Made by a program: the position numbers and the translations under genes. This document shows, in pieces, positions 27,490 to 36,867 of a stretch of DNA of 64,000 nt. The stretch is from an uncultured Collinsella sp. (GTDB lineage Bacteria; Actinomycetota; Coriobacteriia; Coriobacteriales; Coriobacteriaceae). Numbering within the stretch: position 1 is the stretch's first letter; each line of letters begins with the position of its first letter. The notes beneath the pieces were generated by a model, which saw only the letters and a program-made list of their open reading frames with translations, was not told where the DNA came from and ran no database searches. The stretch spans positions 39,674-103,673 of the forward strand of contig UQQL01000001.1 of assembly GCA_900543275.1 (NCBI GenBank), given 5' to 3'.

Positions 27490-28677
27490 ATGTTGATGCT
27501 ATACACCGTCTCGGACTTCTCACGGGAATATGAGGGGTCGGTCCGTCTAATCGCCGGCAGCGATGGCATCTCGCGTGCCGTCTCCGGCGTTGGGATCCTC
27601 GATTATGAACTCATGCCCGGCCTCAAGAACAAGTACCAGCGCGTCAACTTCAGCTCAGACGAGATCGTCCTCAGCACCTTCCTCTATGCGAAGGACGACC
27701 CGCACCTCATCACTGAAGCCGTGAAATACCTCGTCGCCAAGGGAACGAGCGGTCTCATCATCAAAAACGTCCTGCACATCCCGATTCCCGACCAAGCCAT
27801 CCGCTACGCCAACGCGCGGCACTACCCGGTCTTTCTCACGACCGACGACTCACTGTTCTTTGACAGCGTCATCTATGAGGTCAAACGGCATATCGAGCAG
27901 CTCGCGTCCATCGACTTCGCACAGCGCGAGATCGATGCCCTGAGGACAGACGTATCGCCCGAGTCCATCTGCCGACGCATCCGAGGCCTCAACCCGTCAT
28001 TTCTGGACGAAGCGGTCGCCCTGTTCACATCGTTTGCAGAGCCCCTCGACCCGCGTACGTTTTTGCAAATCGAACGTCTCCGTGCAAAATCGACCCTCGC
28101 CGGATGCCACAACATGCTGGCACCCTATGACGGAGGTCTGTTATTCGTAGCGACAAGCGACTCGGAGCAGACGCTCGATGTGGAGCGAATCGTGCAGGCG
28201 CTCACGGAGCTCATCGAGGCTAGCGGCATCGATGGCGGAGCGGAAGGGCTTGGCATCAGCGATATTCTGTTTGGAGACGAGGCGGTGGCGCAGGCGATCT
28301 CGCAGGCGATTTACGCACAGCGCCTATCTTGTCAACGAGCCGAGGGTCCCGTCCGCTATACGCAGCTCGGCATCCTGAGAACCGTGATGCCTTTTGCGGA
28401 AACCCCGGAGATGCGATCGTTCTCGGAGGCGATTCTCTCGCCGATACGCGAGCACGACAGTGAGCATGGCAGCGAGCTGGAATCCACGCTCGCCGCATTC
28501 ATCGAGAACGACCGACGTATCGAGCGAACCGCCAAGCAGACTGGCCAGCACCCGAACACGATTCGATATCGCCTCGATAAGGTGACGGCTCTCACCGGAC
28601 TGAGCTACAAATGCGCCCCGGAGATGGAGCAGCTGTCGCTCGCCTACGCCATCGAACGCGCTCGCTCGCTTCAGTAA
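27490..28677 (+). CDS. PucR-family transcriptional regulator
   Basis: C-terminal PucR HTH (TAKQTGQHPNTIRYRLDKV) and an N-terminal PurC-like domain. The track's first 34 aa fall in an AT-rich promoter region and are not coding. Confidence 0.75.
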   Translation: MLMLYTVSDFSREYEGSVRLIAGSDGISRAVSGVGILDYELMPGLKNKYQRVNFSSDEIVLSTFLYAKDDPHLITEAVKYLVAKGTSGLIIKNVLHIPIPDQAIRYANARHYPVFLTTDDSLFFDSVIYEVKRHIEQLASIDFAQREIDALRTDVSPESICRRIRGLNPSFLDEAVALFTSFAEPLDPRTFLQIERLRAKSTLAGCHNMLAPYDGGLLFVATSDSEQTLDVERIVQALTELIEASGIDGGAEGLGISDILFGDEAVAQAISQAIYAQRLSCQRAEGPVRYTQLGILRTVMPFAETPEMRSFSEAILSPIREHDSEHGSELESTLAAFIENDRRIERTAKQTGQHPNTIRYRLDKVTALTGLSYKCAPEMEQLSLAYAIERARSLQ

Positions 28678-28695
28678 GCCCACCCCACCTTGAGG

Positions 28696-29430
28696 TTAGG
28701 AACGGCGGGCACGGAGCTTTTCGTAGCCATCGGCGAAGAAGGCGACCGTGGCGGCGTCGGCCTCGGCGGCGTCCGTCTCGGTTGCGGGGACCACGCCGTG
28801 CTCGTCGCTCACCAGGAACAGCGCGCCCTTAAGCTGCGCGGGAATATCTACGCGCGCGACCGGGATGTCCTTGGTCTGGGCCAGCTGTTCGATGAGCGTC
28901 GCCGTGCCGCACAGGCACTCGTCCGCCGGCGCCACAAAGGCCAGCTCGCCGTCGTTGACGGCAGCAAGCAGCTCGGGCGCCACGCCGGTTTCGTCGGCCT
29001 CGGAACGGGCCTCGGCAGAGCGGGCACGCAGCGCCTTGGCTGACGTATCGGCGAGCGGCTCGTACTCCCCCACTGTCATGGCGGCGTTGCCGTTGATGTC
29101 GATCACCAGCATGAGCACGCCGTCGTGCGCAGTATAGTCGCCCTCGGCTAGCGACCACTCAACGTGCTGCTTGGCCCAGCTGAGCATGTTATGGGTAAGT
29201 GGCTCGCCCTGCACCAGACGCTCGGACAGCGCGCGGATGTGGCGGTTGAGCATGGGCACCTTTTTGTTGGACATGCGCCAACGGCAGACAAGCGCGGGCT
29301 TGTCGAGCGTAAACTTCTCGACCGCCTCCTGATTGGCGCAAAAGTCCTCGTACGCACGCTGGTCCTCGGCATTGCCAAACAGCTCTGCATCATCAATCTG
29401 GGGCATGGTTGTACCTTTCGTGTTAGTCAT
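28696..29430 (-). CDS. hypothetical protein
   Basis: 244-aa ORF with good codon usage and no confidently recognisable domain. Lies downstream of RNA element copy A. Confidence 0.5.
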   Translation of the reverse strand: MTNTKGTTMPQIDDAELFGNAEDQRAYEDFCANQEAVEKFTLDKPALVCRWRMSNKKVPMLNRHIRALSERLVQGEPLTHNMLSWAKQHVEWSLAEGDYTAHDGVLMLVIDINGNAAMTVGEYEPLADTSAKALRARSAEARSEADETGVAPELLAAVNDGELAFVAPADECLCGTATLIEQLAQTKDIPVARVDIPAQLKGALFLVSDEHGVVPATETDAAEADAATVAFFADGYEKLRARRS

Positions 29431-29446
29431 TCCGTCCTCTTATACC

Positions 29447-29482
29447 AAAAAGACGGCCCTCCAAACGGAGCAGCCGTCTTTT
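29447..29482 (-). terminator. rho-independent terminator of purH
   Basis: On the minus strand: aagacggctgctccgtttggagggccgtctt followed by TTTTT. Confidence 0.7.
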
Positions 29483-29558
29483 GCAGAGATTATTTTGACG
29501 ATATGGTCAGGCGACCGAACAGTTTAATGGGATAGAGAAACATCCCATTAAGGGTTTT

Positions 29559-29652
29559 CCAAGTGCCCGAGATTGCCCCGAAAGAGGAGCGCCGCGTACT
29601 AAATGTACGCAAGCGACGGTTTGAGGGGCAAGGTCGGGTGCTTGGGAAAGCC
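29559..29652 (-). ncRNA. candidate structured RNA element (family B copy A), 3' of purH
   Basis: About 85% identical to 57396..57488. It has three long-range helices with compensatory changes against copy B and an inner 6-bp hairpin GCGTAC/GTACGC whose extension uses U-G pairs only on the minus strand. Confidence 0.5.
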
Positions 29653-29653
29653 T

Positions 29654-31261
29654 CTAGTGCCTAAAATGTCTGGCTCCGGTGAAGACCATCGCAATACCAT
29701 GCTCGTTGCAGGCCTGGATGCTCTCGTCATCGCGCTTGGAGCCGCCGGGCTGGATGATGCAGGTCACGCCGTGCGCGGCAAGCACGTCGACGTTGTCGCG
29801 GAACGGGAAGAACGCGTCGCTTGCACAGGCAAAGCCGCCCTTCTCCACGCCCTCGCGCTCGCAGAAGTCCTCAGCACGCTCGCAGGCCAGCAACGCGGAA
29901 TCCACGCGGTTGGGCTGACCGGGGCCCATGCCAATGCCGGCCTTACCCTTGGAGACCAGGATGGCGTTGGACTTGACGCCCTTGCAGACCTTCCAGGCAA
30001 ACTCGAGCTCGGCCATCTCGGCGTCGGTGGGCTTACGGTCGGTGGGGAACGTAAAGGTCGCGGGGTCCTCGGTCACGTGGTCGACTTCCTGCACCAGCAT
30101 GCCGCCGTCGATGGAGCGCAGCTCCACATGGGCACCGTGGTCCACGCCGCCGGTAGCCAGCACGCGCAGGTTGGGGCGCTTGGCCATGCGCTCGAGCGCC
30201 TCATCGGTGTAGCTCGGGGCGATGATGACCTCGACGAACTGCTTGTTCTGATCGGCAAAGTGCTCAACCAGCTCAAAGGGAACCTCGCGGTTGCAGGCGA
30301 TGATGCCGCCGAAGGCGCTCTTGGGATCGCAGGCGAAGGCGCGGTCGTAGGCGGCCGTGATGTCCTCGGCAACGGCGGAACCGCAGGGGTTCTGATGCTT
30401 GAGGATCACGCAGGCCGGCTCGTCGAACTCGCGGACCAGGTTCCAAGCGGCATCGGCGTCCAGATAGTTGTTGTAGCTGAGCGGCTTGCCCTGGATCTGC
30501 TCGGAGCCCACGAGCGGGAACTGAGAGCTCGCGGTGTTCTCGCAGCCCTCGGCAAAGCGATAGACCGTGGCCTTCTGCTGCGGGTTCTCGCCATAGCGCA
30601 GGTCGTCGACCTTTTCCAGCGAGATCTCGAGCTTGGCAGAGGTGTCCGCCACGTCGCTTGCCTGGGCGGCAAGCCAACGGGAGATAGCCGTGTCGTAGGC
30701 GGCGGTGGTCTGGTAGACCTTCACCTGCAGGCGACGACGGGTGGAAAGCGTGGTGCAGCCACCGGTCTCGCGCATCTCGGCCAGGACGGCATCATAGTCG
30801 GCCGGGTCGGAGATGACGGTAACGCTCGCGGCGTTCTTGGCGGCAGAGCGCAACATGGAGGGGCCACCGATGTCGATGTGCTCGATGGCATCCGCAAAGG
30901 TGACCTCGGGGTTGGCGACGGTCTTCTCGAACTCGTACAGGTTGACGACGACCAAGTCGATCAGCTTAATGCCGTGCTGAGCGGCCTCCTGCATGTGCTG
31001 CTCGGAATCGCGGCGGGCCAGCAGCGCGCCGTGAACCTTGGGGTGCAGGGTCTTAACGCGGCCGTCCATCATCTCGGGATAGCCCGTGAACTCCTCGATG
31101 GGGGTTACGGGAACGCCCGCGTCCTCGATGGCACGAGCCGTGCCGCCCGTAGAGATGATCTCGACGCCAAAGTCATCGACCAGCGTCCGTGCGAAATCGA
31201 CGACGCCCGTTTTATCGGTAACCGAGATCAACGCGCGTGCGATCTTCACATCAGATCCCAT
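29654..31261 (-). CDS. purH: bifunctional AICAR transformylase / IMP cyclohydrolase
   Basis: MGS domain [10 protein letters not shown] and the AICARFT core, 535 aa; GGAGGA RBS. Confidence 0.95.
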   Translation of the reverse strand: MGSDVKIARALISVTDKTGVVDFARTLVDDFGVEIISTGGTARAIEDAGVPVTPIEEFTGYPEMMDGRVKTLHPKVHGALLARRDSEQHMQEAAQHGIKLIDLVVVNLYEFEKTVANPEVTFADAIEHIDIGGPSMLRSAAKNAASVTVISDPADYDAVLAEMRETGGCTTLSTRRRLQVKVYQTTAAYDTAISRWLAAQASDVADTSAKLEISLEKVDDLRYGENPQQKATVYRFAEGCENTASSQFPLVGSEQIQGKPLSYNNYLDADAAWNLVREFDEPACVILKHQNPCGSAVAEDITAAYDRAFACDPKSAFGGIIACNREVPFELVEHFADQNKQFVEVIIAPSYTDEALERMAKRPNLRVLATGGVDHGAHVELRSIDGGMLVQEVDHVTEDPATFTFPTDRKPTDAEMAELEFAWKVCKGVKSNAILVSKGKAGIGMGPGQPNRVDSALLACERAEDFCEREGVEKGGFACASDAFFPFRDNVDVLAAHGVTCIIQPGGSKRDDESIQACNEHGIAMVFTGARHFRH

Positions 31262-31526
31262 GCAGTCCTCCTGTCTGGTACGCCGCCGTGCTCTGTGAGT
31301 CGGTGATACGTCGATCTGCAGCGCTCGCGCAGCGGCATTGAAAATACTGATTCAATGTAGCGCATCGAGCGCATCGATGCACCCCGCAACGGGCGCATGT
31401 GCAGAAAAAGTTTGCGCGCGGAGGGGATGGGCACGGTGAGTTCATGGAACACAGGGGCACCATAATTAGATGCCAATGGCGTGGTAGAACTGTGCTCGAT
31501 ATGTATCCGCAATAGAAAGAGGCACC

Positions 31527-32168
31527 ATGGTCTCGCGGGTTCTCTACCGACCGTTTGATACCGAAGATTTCGACGCCATCGCGCTGATCTTGCAGCAGCT
31601 TTGGCACAACAACTCGGATAACGATGAGTACAACCGCCTCGAAGCCGCGTGCGACCTCGCCTATTGCCTTTCTTCCTCAACGTTTTCGCAGGTTGCAGTT
31701 ATAGATGGCGAGGCGCGCGGCATTTCGCTTGCGCGTGCGGGACAGAGCTCCGGCACCGCCGTCAGGGAACATTGGATGGATACTGAGCGTACACTGCTGT
31801 CGCAGATGCGTGAGCTAGAACCCGAGTCGTGCGCCGAGTATCTCTCGTTTGTGCGCGCCACCATTCGAACCAACAACCGCCTGCTCGAGAAAAGCCCACT
31901 GCCGCATGACAATGAGGTCACGCTGCTCGCCGTCGACCCTGACGTCCACGGCCTGGGCGTGGGATCGGTGCTGCTCGACGCCGCAATCTCACATCTGTCC
32001 TCGTGCGGGGCGACCAGCGCACACCTGTATACCGATTCCAACTGCTCGTGGAAATTCTACGAGCTGCACGGCTTTAAGCGCACGGCCACGCACCGCGCCA
32101 ACCGCGAAGAGCGCCGTCACGACATGCCGCGTGAAAGCTTTCTCTACGAACTCGACCTAACAGCCTAG
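31527..32168 (+). CDS. GNAT-family N-acetyltransferase
   Basis: Acetyl-CoA motif A (LAVDPDVHGLGVGSVLL); AAAGAGG RBS. Confidence 0.8.
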   Translation: MVSRVLYRPFDTEDFDAIALILQQLWHNNSDNDEYNRLEAACDLAYCLSSSTFSQVAVIDGEARGISLARAGQSSGTAVREHWMDTERTLLSQMRELEPESCAEYLSFVRATIRTNNRLLEKSPLPHDNEVTLLAVDPDVHGLGVGSVLLDAAISHLSSCGATSAHLYTDSNCSWKFYELHGFKRTATHRANREERRHDMPRESFLYELDLTA

Positions 32169-32184
32169 CCCAGGCAGCCACACC

Positions 32185-32213
32185 TAGTCATTTAAGTCTG
32201 TCCCCAATGAGTA
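32185..32213 (-). repeat. family A hairpin motif copy 3 (reverse orientation, degenerate loop)
   Basis: tagtcatttaagtctgtccccaatgagta versus tagtcatttaagaacgtccccaatgact, the reverse complement of copy 2. Confidence 0.5.
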
Positions 32214-32250
32214 GCCTTGGTGATCTGCAAATAGCTGTGGTCAAAAAACA

Positions 32251-32453
32251 TCAAATATGAGTACTGTTACCTTTTTAGTAGCAGCGATTTGGGGCATTTT
32301 TGATGCTTGTAGGCATGACGACCAGCTGCACGAGCTGACGTAGCTCCCCAAATGTTCAATAAAATAGGCTCCTAACGAGAAGTACTCTCATTAGGAGCCA
32401 TTATTATGTGCAAACATATGTGACCAACGCAGCAACAGTACTCATATTTGGCA
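32251..32453. mobile_element. MITE-like AT-rich insert with 17-bp perfect terminal inverted repeats
   Basis: CAAATATGAGTACTGTT at 32251-32267 and AACAGTACTCATATTTG at 32437-32453. The roughly 170-bp interior is near 40% GC in a roughly 65% GC genome. It has internal hairpin ggctcctaa...ttaggagcc. Confidence 0.4.
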
Positions 32454-32578
32454 TTTTTTGTCCACTGCCCCTTGCGCGAAGGTCCTCAGCGGAAAGTTTG
32501 ACCCGTTTCGATGCACAAAAATGGGATGAATCTTCCCTGGCAACCGCCCAGAAAGATCCACCCCAAAGCAAGCGCTCG

Positions 32579-34525
32579 CTAGAACGTTCCGCCGCCGCCT
32601 CCGCCGACGCCGCCACCGCCGCCACCGGAAAAGCCGCCGCCGCTGCCGCCGCTCGAGCTATCGGAACTCGAAGCCAGCTCGCGGATGGTCTCGTGGTACA
32701 CATCGTTGAACGAATCGAGCGGGGACTCGTTGCCGTAGTGATGGTAATACCACCAGTAGCAGGGGTAGTTGTCGTAGAAATCGTCGCTGTTGCGCAGGTC
32801 CGCTGGCACGGCCTCGGCCAGCTGTCGCAGCACTTCTTTCGAAACGCCCAGGGCAACGCCCATCACCAGCAGTTTGTTCCACAAGATCAGGTCGCTGGGA
32901 ATGGCCTCCTTCAGGCGCGTAAAGTCCTCAAGCCAATGCTTGAGCGCCTTGCAGCGAGCCGCCACCTCGGCGCCCTCCGGCGTGTAGCGGCGGAAGGTGC
33001 AGCTCAGGACAAAGCCCACGATCGTGACGGGGATCGAGATCATAGCGGCACCGACGTTGGCGTCCGCAAAGTCGGTATAGATCAGAGAGCCCAGAATGCC
33101 AAAGACGATGATGATACCGATAACCAAGCCGGCAACCAGGGCGATGGTGCCGTCCGATGCAATAAGCTCGCGCGCCTCCAGCTTGCCCTTAACTGCGCTC
33201 TGATAGTCCTCGAGCTTGTCGCCAACAGATGTGGTGCGCTCGCTAGCGTACTCCTCCAGCTCGCTAAACGTGCGCGAACGGACTCCGTCCTTATCGGGCT
33301 TAACGCCGGCGAAGAAGACCTTGAGCACATCGCGATCGATGCCGTCCTTCTTGGCAGCCTTCCAGGCCTCGTCGGTCACTGTGATGCGATACGTCTGCTC
33401 CTCTTTTTCGCGACGGAGCAGACCCTTCTTCTTGGTCTCGGTCGCTTCTTCCAGCTTGATCACGCGGTCGTCGGTGAGCTTCATAAGCGTGGCGATATAT
33501 GCCTGATCGGGCACGTCGTTCCAGCTCATGAGGGCCGAAAGCACGGCGGGATGGTCGGCCGAAGGCACATCGCGGAAATATTCGTCCTGGAAAAGCGGCT
33601 TGGGCTTGCGGCGGCGCAGCTTGAGCACAACGATTGTGCCGGTAAAGGCCACCGCCGCGACAACACTTAGCACGGCAAGCGCATTGGCAATCATGCGAGC
33701 GTGAGCGCGGCGAGCGTTGGCCTCGTCGGCCCATTCCTTCTCTTCGCTCAGAATCGTCGACATGCGCTTTTCGCCCGAGACGGCAAGCTGCGGCACCCAG
33801 TCGCTGGGGAAGGCGATGCGTGCCTCGGCGAATTCGCCCTCATGCACGCAGGGAATGGTATAGGTGACCATGGGCTCGTCCGCATCGAGCGACACGTCGC
33901 CCGTCAGTGGGCCGTGGCCCCATGCGCGGAAGTTATCGCCCTTGACGGCAGCCGTCCCGGCAGCGGCATTTGCAAAGTAGACTTCCATCTCGACGTCATC
34001 GGAATCCGCCGACCAGCCGTCACCCACGAACTTCCAGTAGAGCTCGGCGGTATCGGCCCAGTTCATAACCGCACCGGTCATGGAATAACTCACGTAGTAG
34101 ATTGCGCTGTCGCCGCTCTCGTGGGGGCTGAACACCTTAATCTTTACGCCGTCGTCGGACTGCTCCACCGTGTAAACGCCGTCGTCGCCTTTGTTTGCGC
34201 TGTCGACCTTGTTAAACGCAGCGTCGTCTTCCTCGACGCTCAGCACATTGACGACCACCGAGCCGCCTTGCTGGTTAGAGCCTGTATTGATATCCCAATA
34301 CACGCCGTTAATGTCGTCGTCGAAATCGAACTGGCGTCCCTCGACAACGGTCAGCGAGCCATCGGCCTCAACCGTGGCACCGATATAGGTTTGGCTCATG
34401 GAGTAGCCGTCGGCGTGCGCGACGGCAGGCAGCAGCAACAACGCAAGCGCGACGAGTGCGCAGACGGAAGCGAACCGCGCAAACAGGCGGCGCTGCCGAC
34501 AGGGCTGGGCAACGGGGGCGTTCAT
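32579..34525 (-). CDS. DUF2207-family membrane protein (signal peptide, extracytoplasmic domain, TM region, Gly-rich tail)
   Basis: Signal peptide ending AHADG, internal TM helices and a C-terminal SSGGSGGGFSGGGGGGVGGGGG tail typical of DUF2207. Start at the Met preceded by AAAGGA. Confidence 0.7.
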   Translation of the reverse strand: MNAPVAQPCRQRRLFARFASVCALVALALLLLPAVAHADGYSMSQTYIGATVEADGSLTVVEGRQFDFDDDINGVYWDINTGSNQQGGSVVVNVLSVEEDDAAFNKVDSANKGDDGVYTVEQSDDGVKIKVFSPHESGDSAIYYVSYSMTGAVMNWADTAELYWKFVGDGWSADSDDVEMEVYFANAAAGTAAVKGDNFRAWGHGPLTGDVSLDADEPMVTYTIPCVHEGEFAEARIAFPSDWVPQLAVSGEKRMSTILSEEKEWADEANARRAHARMIANALAVLSVVAAVAFTGTIVVLKLRRRKPKPLFQDEYFRDVPSADHPAVLSALMSWNDVPDQAYIATLMKLTDDRVIKLEEATETKKKGLLRREKEEQTYRITVTDEAWKAAKKDGIDRDVLKVFFAGVKPDKDGVRSRTFSELEEYASERTTSVGDKLEDYQSAVKGKLEARELIASDGTIALVAGLVIGIIIVFGILGSLIYTDFADANVGAAMISIPVTIVGFVLSCTFRRYTPEGAEVAARCKALKHWLEDFTRLKEAIPSDLILWNKLLVMGVALGVSKEVLRQLAEAVPADLRNSDDFYDNYPCYWWYYHHYGNESPLDSFNDVYHETIRELASSSDSSSGGSGGGFSGGGGGGVGGGGGGTF

Positions 34526-34646
34526 AGGCACATCCTTTGTCTGTGGTACCAGTAGCGTCATTGTCCCACGTTTGCGAGTTCATGTGACGAACATCTAGGT
34601 CAGCGGAGCGTCAAAACGGGACAAAAGTCACGCCCGCCGCCGGCAC

Positions 34647-34672
34647 CTGGGGACGTTCCTTATCTGCCGGCA
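34647..34672 (+). repeat. family A motif copy 4 (GGGGACGTTCCTTATCTGCCGGCA, degenerate)
   Basis: Shares the GGGACGTTCCT-A-CTGCCGGCA core with copy 1. Confidence 0.45.
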
Positions 34673-34860
34673 ATCTGGGACACTCCTTGGCATAGCCCGC
34701 TCCGGCAATAGATACCACTTCATAGCTCCATCACAGGTGTAGCGGCTTTGTGTGGGCGCGGCATGCGCTGATTGAGCCGCCAGTTGAGGGGCATAAAGCA
34801 GTTGAGCGAAAACGGTTTGCCCCTTTGCCGTCCGCTTGAGGATCATGTCCCCCTTTTCCG

Positions 34861-34900
34861 CGGAAACCCCGGCAGTTGCGAAGAGCTGCCGGGGTTTCTG
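34861..34900 (+). terminator. strong hairpin in the gluQ leader region (terminator-like)
   Basis: cggaaaccccggcag-ttgcgaagag-ctgccggggtttctg, a 15-bp stem, then tcgtttg. Confidence 0.4.
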
Positions 34901-35034
34901 TCGTTTGAAGGCTAGATTGATTGACGACGATTAAGGCGCCGAGCCGGTGGTCCGGCACGCGCAACGTGTGGCCTCAGCAACTTGCAGGCCACGGCAGCGT
35001 CTCCCCCACCGCGCCCCGCGCTATACTCGTCCGC

Positions 35035-36039
35035 ATGGACATCAACGCACGCAACATAGCAACAACCGCCGCCGACGCGCCAACGACGCCGGCCGCTCCC
35101 GCGCCCGTCGTGGGGCGCTTCGCCCCGTCGCCCTCGGGCCGTATGCACCTGGGCAACGTGTTCAGCTGCCTGTGCGCATGGCTTTCGGCCCGCAGCCAGG
35201 GCGGCAGCATCGTGTTACGCATTGAGGACCTGGACGATCGCTGCAAGCGCCCGGAACTTGCCGCCCAATTGATTGACGACCTGGCCTGGCTGGGGCTGGA
35301 GTGGGACGAAGGCCCCTACTACCAGCACGACCGCCTAGACCTGTACGAGAGCGCCTTGCGCCGGCTGAAAGACGCCGGCCTCACCTATCCCTGCTTTTGC
35401 ACACGCGCCGAGCTCCACGCCGCGAGTGCACCGCACGCGAGCGACGGCACGCCCATCTACCGTGGCGCCTGCCGAAGTCTTTCGGCCGAGGAGGTGGCCC
35501 GCCGCAGCGCCCTGCGCGCCCCGGCCACACGTCTGCGCGTGCCCACCGTCGACGACCTCGCAGACGACGTGATCGAATTTGTGGATCGCACGTACGGCGC
35601 CCAATGCGAAGCACTCGCCACCGAGTGCGGCGACTTTTTGGTGCGCCGCAGCGACGGCGTGTTTGCCTATCAGCTAGCCGTGGTGGTCGACGACGCTGCC
35701 ATGGGCGTCACCGAGGTCGTGCGCGGATGCGACCTGCTGGGGTCCACACCGCGCCAGATCTATCTGCAGCACCTGTTGGGACTGCCCACGCCGCACTACG
35801 GACATATTCCGCTGCTCATGGCACCGGACGGCCGCCGCCTTTCCAAACGAGACCGCGATCTGGACCTGGGCGAACTCCGCGCCCGCTTTGGCACGCCCGA
35901 AGCGCTGCTGGGCTGGCTCGCCGGGCAAACGGGCATCGCGCCGGACACCACGCCGCGCTCTGCCGAGCGGCTGGTCGAGCACTTTAGCTGGGATGTTATC
36001 CGCGCGCACCGAGAGAACATCGCTGTAACGGCCGAGTAG
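35035..36039 (+). CDS. gluQ: tRNA glutamyl-Q(34) synthetase (glutamyl-tRNA synthetase paralog GluQRS)
   Basis: GRFAPSPSGRMHLGN class I HIGH region and a truncated GluRS catalytic domain. The exact start is uncertain; an alternative GTG lies just before GRFAPS. Confidence 0.75.
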   Translation: MDINARNIATTAADAPTTPAAPAPVVGRFAPSPSGRMHLGNVFSCLCAWLSARSQGGSIVLRIEDLDDRCKRPELAAQLIDDLAWLGLEWDEGPYYQHDRLDLYESALRRLKDAGLTYPCFCTRAELHAASAPHASDGTPIYRGACRSLSAEEVARRSALRAPATRLRVPTVDDLADDVIEFVDRTYGAQCEALATECGDFLVRRSDGVFAYQLAVVVDDAAMGVTEVVRGCDLLGSTPRQIYLQHLLGLPTPHYGHIPLLMAPDGRRLSKRDRDLDLGELRARFGTPEALLGWLAGQTGIAPDTTPRSAERLVEHFSWDVIRAHRENIAVTAE

Positions 36040-36056
36040 CCAAATACGCCCCACCC

Positions 36057-36782
36057 CTACGCAACATCCCAAGGCTGGAGTTCGTCGCCCAGGCGAACGA
36101 TGCAGTCGTAGAGCACGGTATGGCGCTCGGTCGGGTTGGCATCCCGATGAAAATGCCCGTAGTACCAGCGCTTGTAGTCCAAGCGGTCTTCCAACTCGTC
36201 AAAAAATGCCGTAAGTCGATCGACGGCGGGGCAATTCCAGCCGGGCGCCGGATAGAGCGTGGGCGAAAGCATGCGCGTAGAGCAGGTGTGGGTGACCACG
36301 TAGTCGACCTTCCAGGCCACGCTGTCGAGCTTCGTCCGTGCCTCCTCAAAGTTGCGCTCGTCCGGCAACTCCTGCGGCCACCAGCTGGAATACGGAATGC
36401 GGTATTCCTTGTCCACGCTCGTGGCGCCGCCCATGATAAAGACCGTTGAGCCGTCGAGTTCAAAAACCTCGCCGCGCGTCAGGCGCCGTATGGGCGAGGT
36501 GTCCGACAGGCGCTGTGTCAGTCCGCCGTGCCACAACTCCATGGGTCGCTCCGCCCAGTGGTCGAAACGTTCGTGGTTGCCGTCGACGAACAGCACGGTA
36601 TAGGGGCGCGACTCCAGCCAAGCGATGTCGGCGCACTCCTCGGCAGAGAAATCCCACGGAAAGCCAAAGTCGCCGGCAATGATGAGATAGTCGTCGCTCG
36701 TCAGGCTTTCCCCAAGATCCCAATCGCGCAGCTTTTGCATGTCGAGGCCGCCGTGAATATCGCCCGTCACATAGACCGTCAT
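36057..36782 (-). CDS. metallophosphoesterase (calcineurin-like phosphoesterase)
   Basis: VTGDIHGG, IIAGDFG, GNHE and GHFH metal-binding motifs. Confidence 0.7.
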   Translation of the reverse strand: MTVYVTGDIHGGLDMQKLRDWDLGESLTSDDYLIIAGDFGFPWDFSAEECADIAWLESRPYTVLFVDGNHERFDHWAERPMELWHGGLTQRLSDTSPIRRLTRGEVFELDGSTVFIMGGATSVDKEYRIPYSSWWPQELPDERNFEEARTKLDSVAWKVDYVVTHTCSTRMLSPTLYPAPGWNCPAVDRLTAFFDELEDRLDYKRWYYGHFHRDANPTERHTVLYDCIVRLGDELQPWDVA

Positions 36783-36867
36783 CGGATCACCACTTCCCTG
36801 TAAGTCGCTAGCCCACATTCTGCGCGATCACTAAGCCAACCGTTCCAGCCCTTCCATCCTTTAGGAC

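Noticed and set aside
29603-31306. 567-aa plus-strand ORF fully antisense to purH, and the similar 57438..58250 ORF antisense to hisF
   Set aside because: High-GC genomes generate long stop-free antisense frames. Products are Ala/Gly/Arg/Val-rich with no domain signature. The N-terminal resemblance of the two (MYASDG / MVRERR) comes from the shared RNA element, and the two copies are in different reading frames, so nothing is conserved at protein level.
31262-31526. Possible ZTP (pfl) riboswitch in the purH leader
   Set aside because: The minus-strand leader lacks the conserved ZTP elements (no CCGCCUGGGC-like 3' hairpin, no ACCGGGGAGCG). Only a gcgcatcga direct repeat and a weak GCGCAAAC PurR-box-like half site are present, and neither is convincing.
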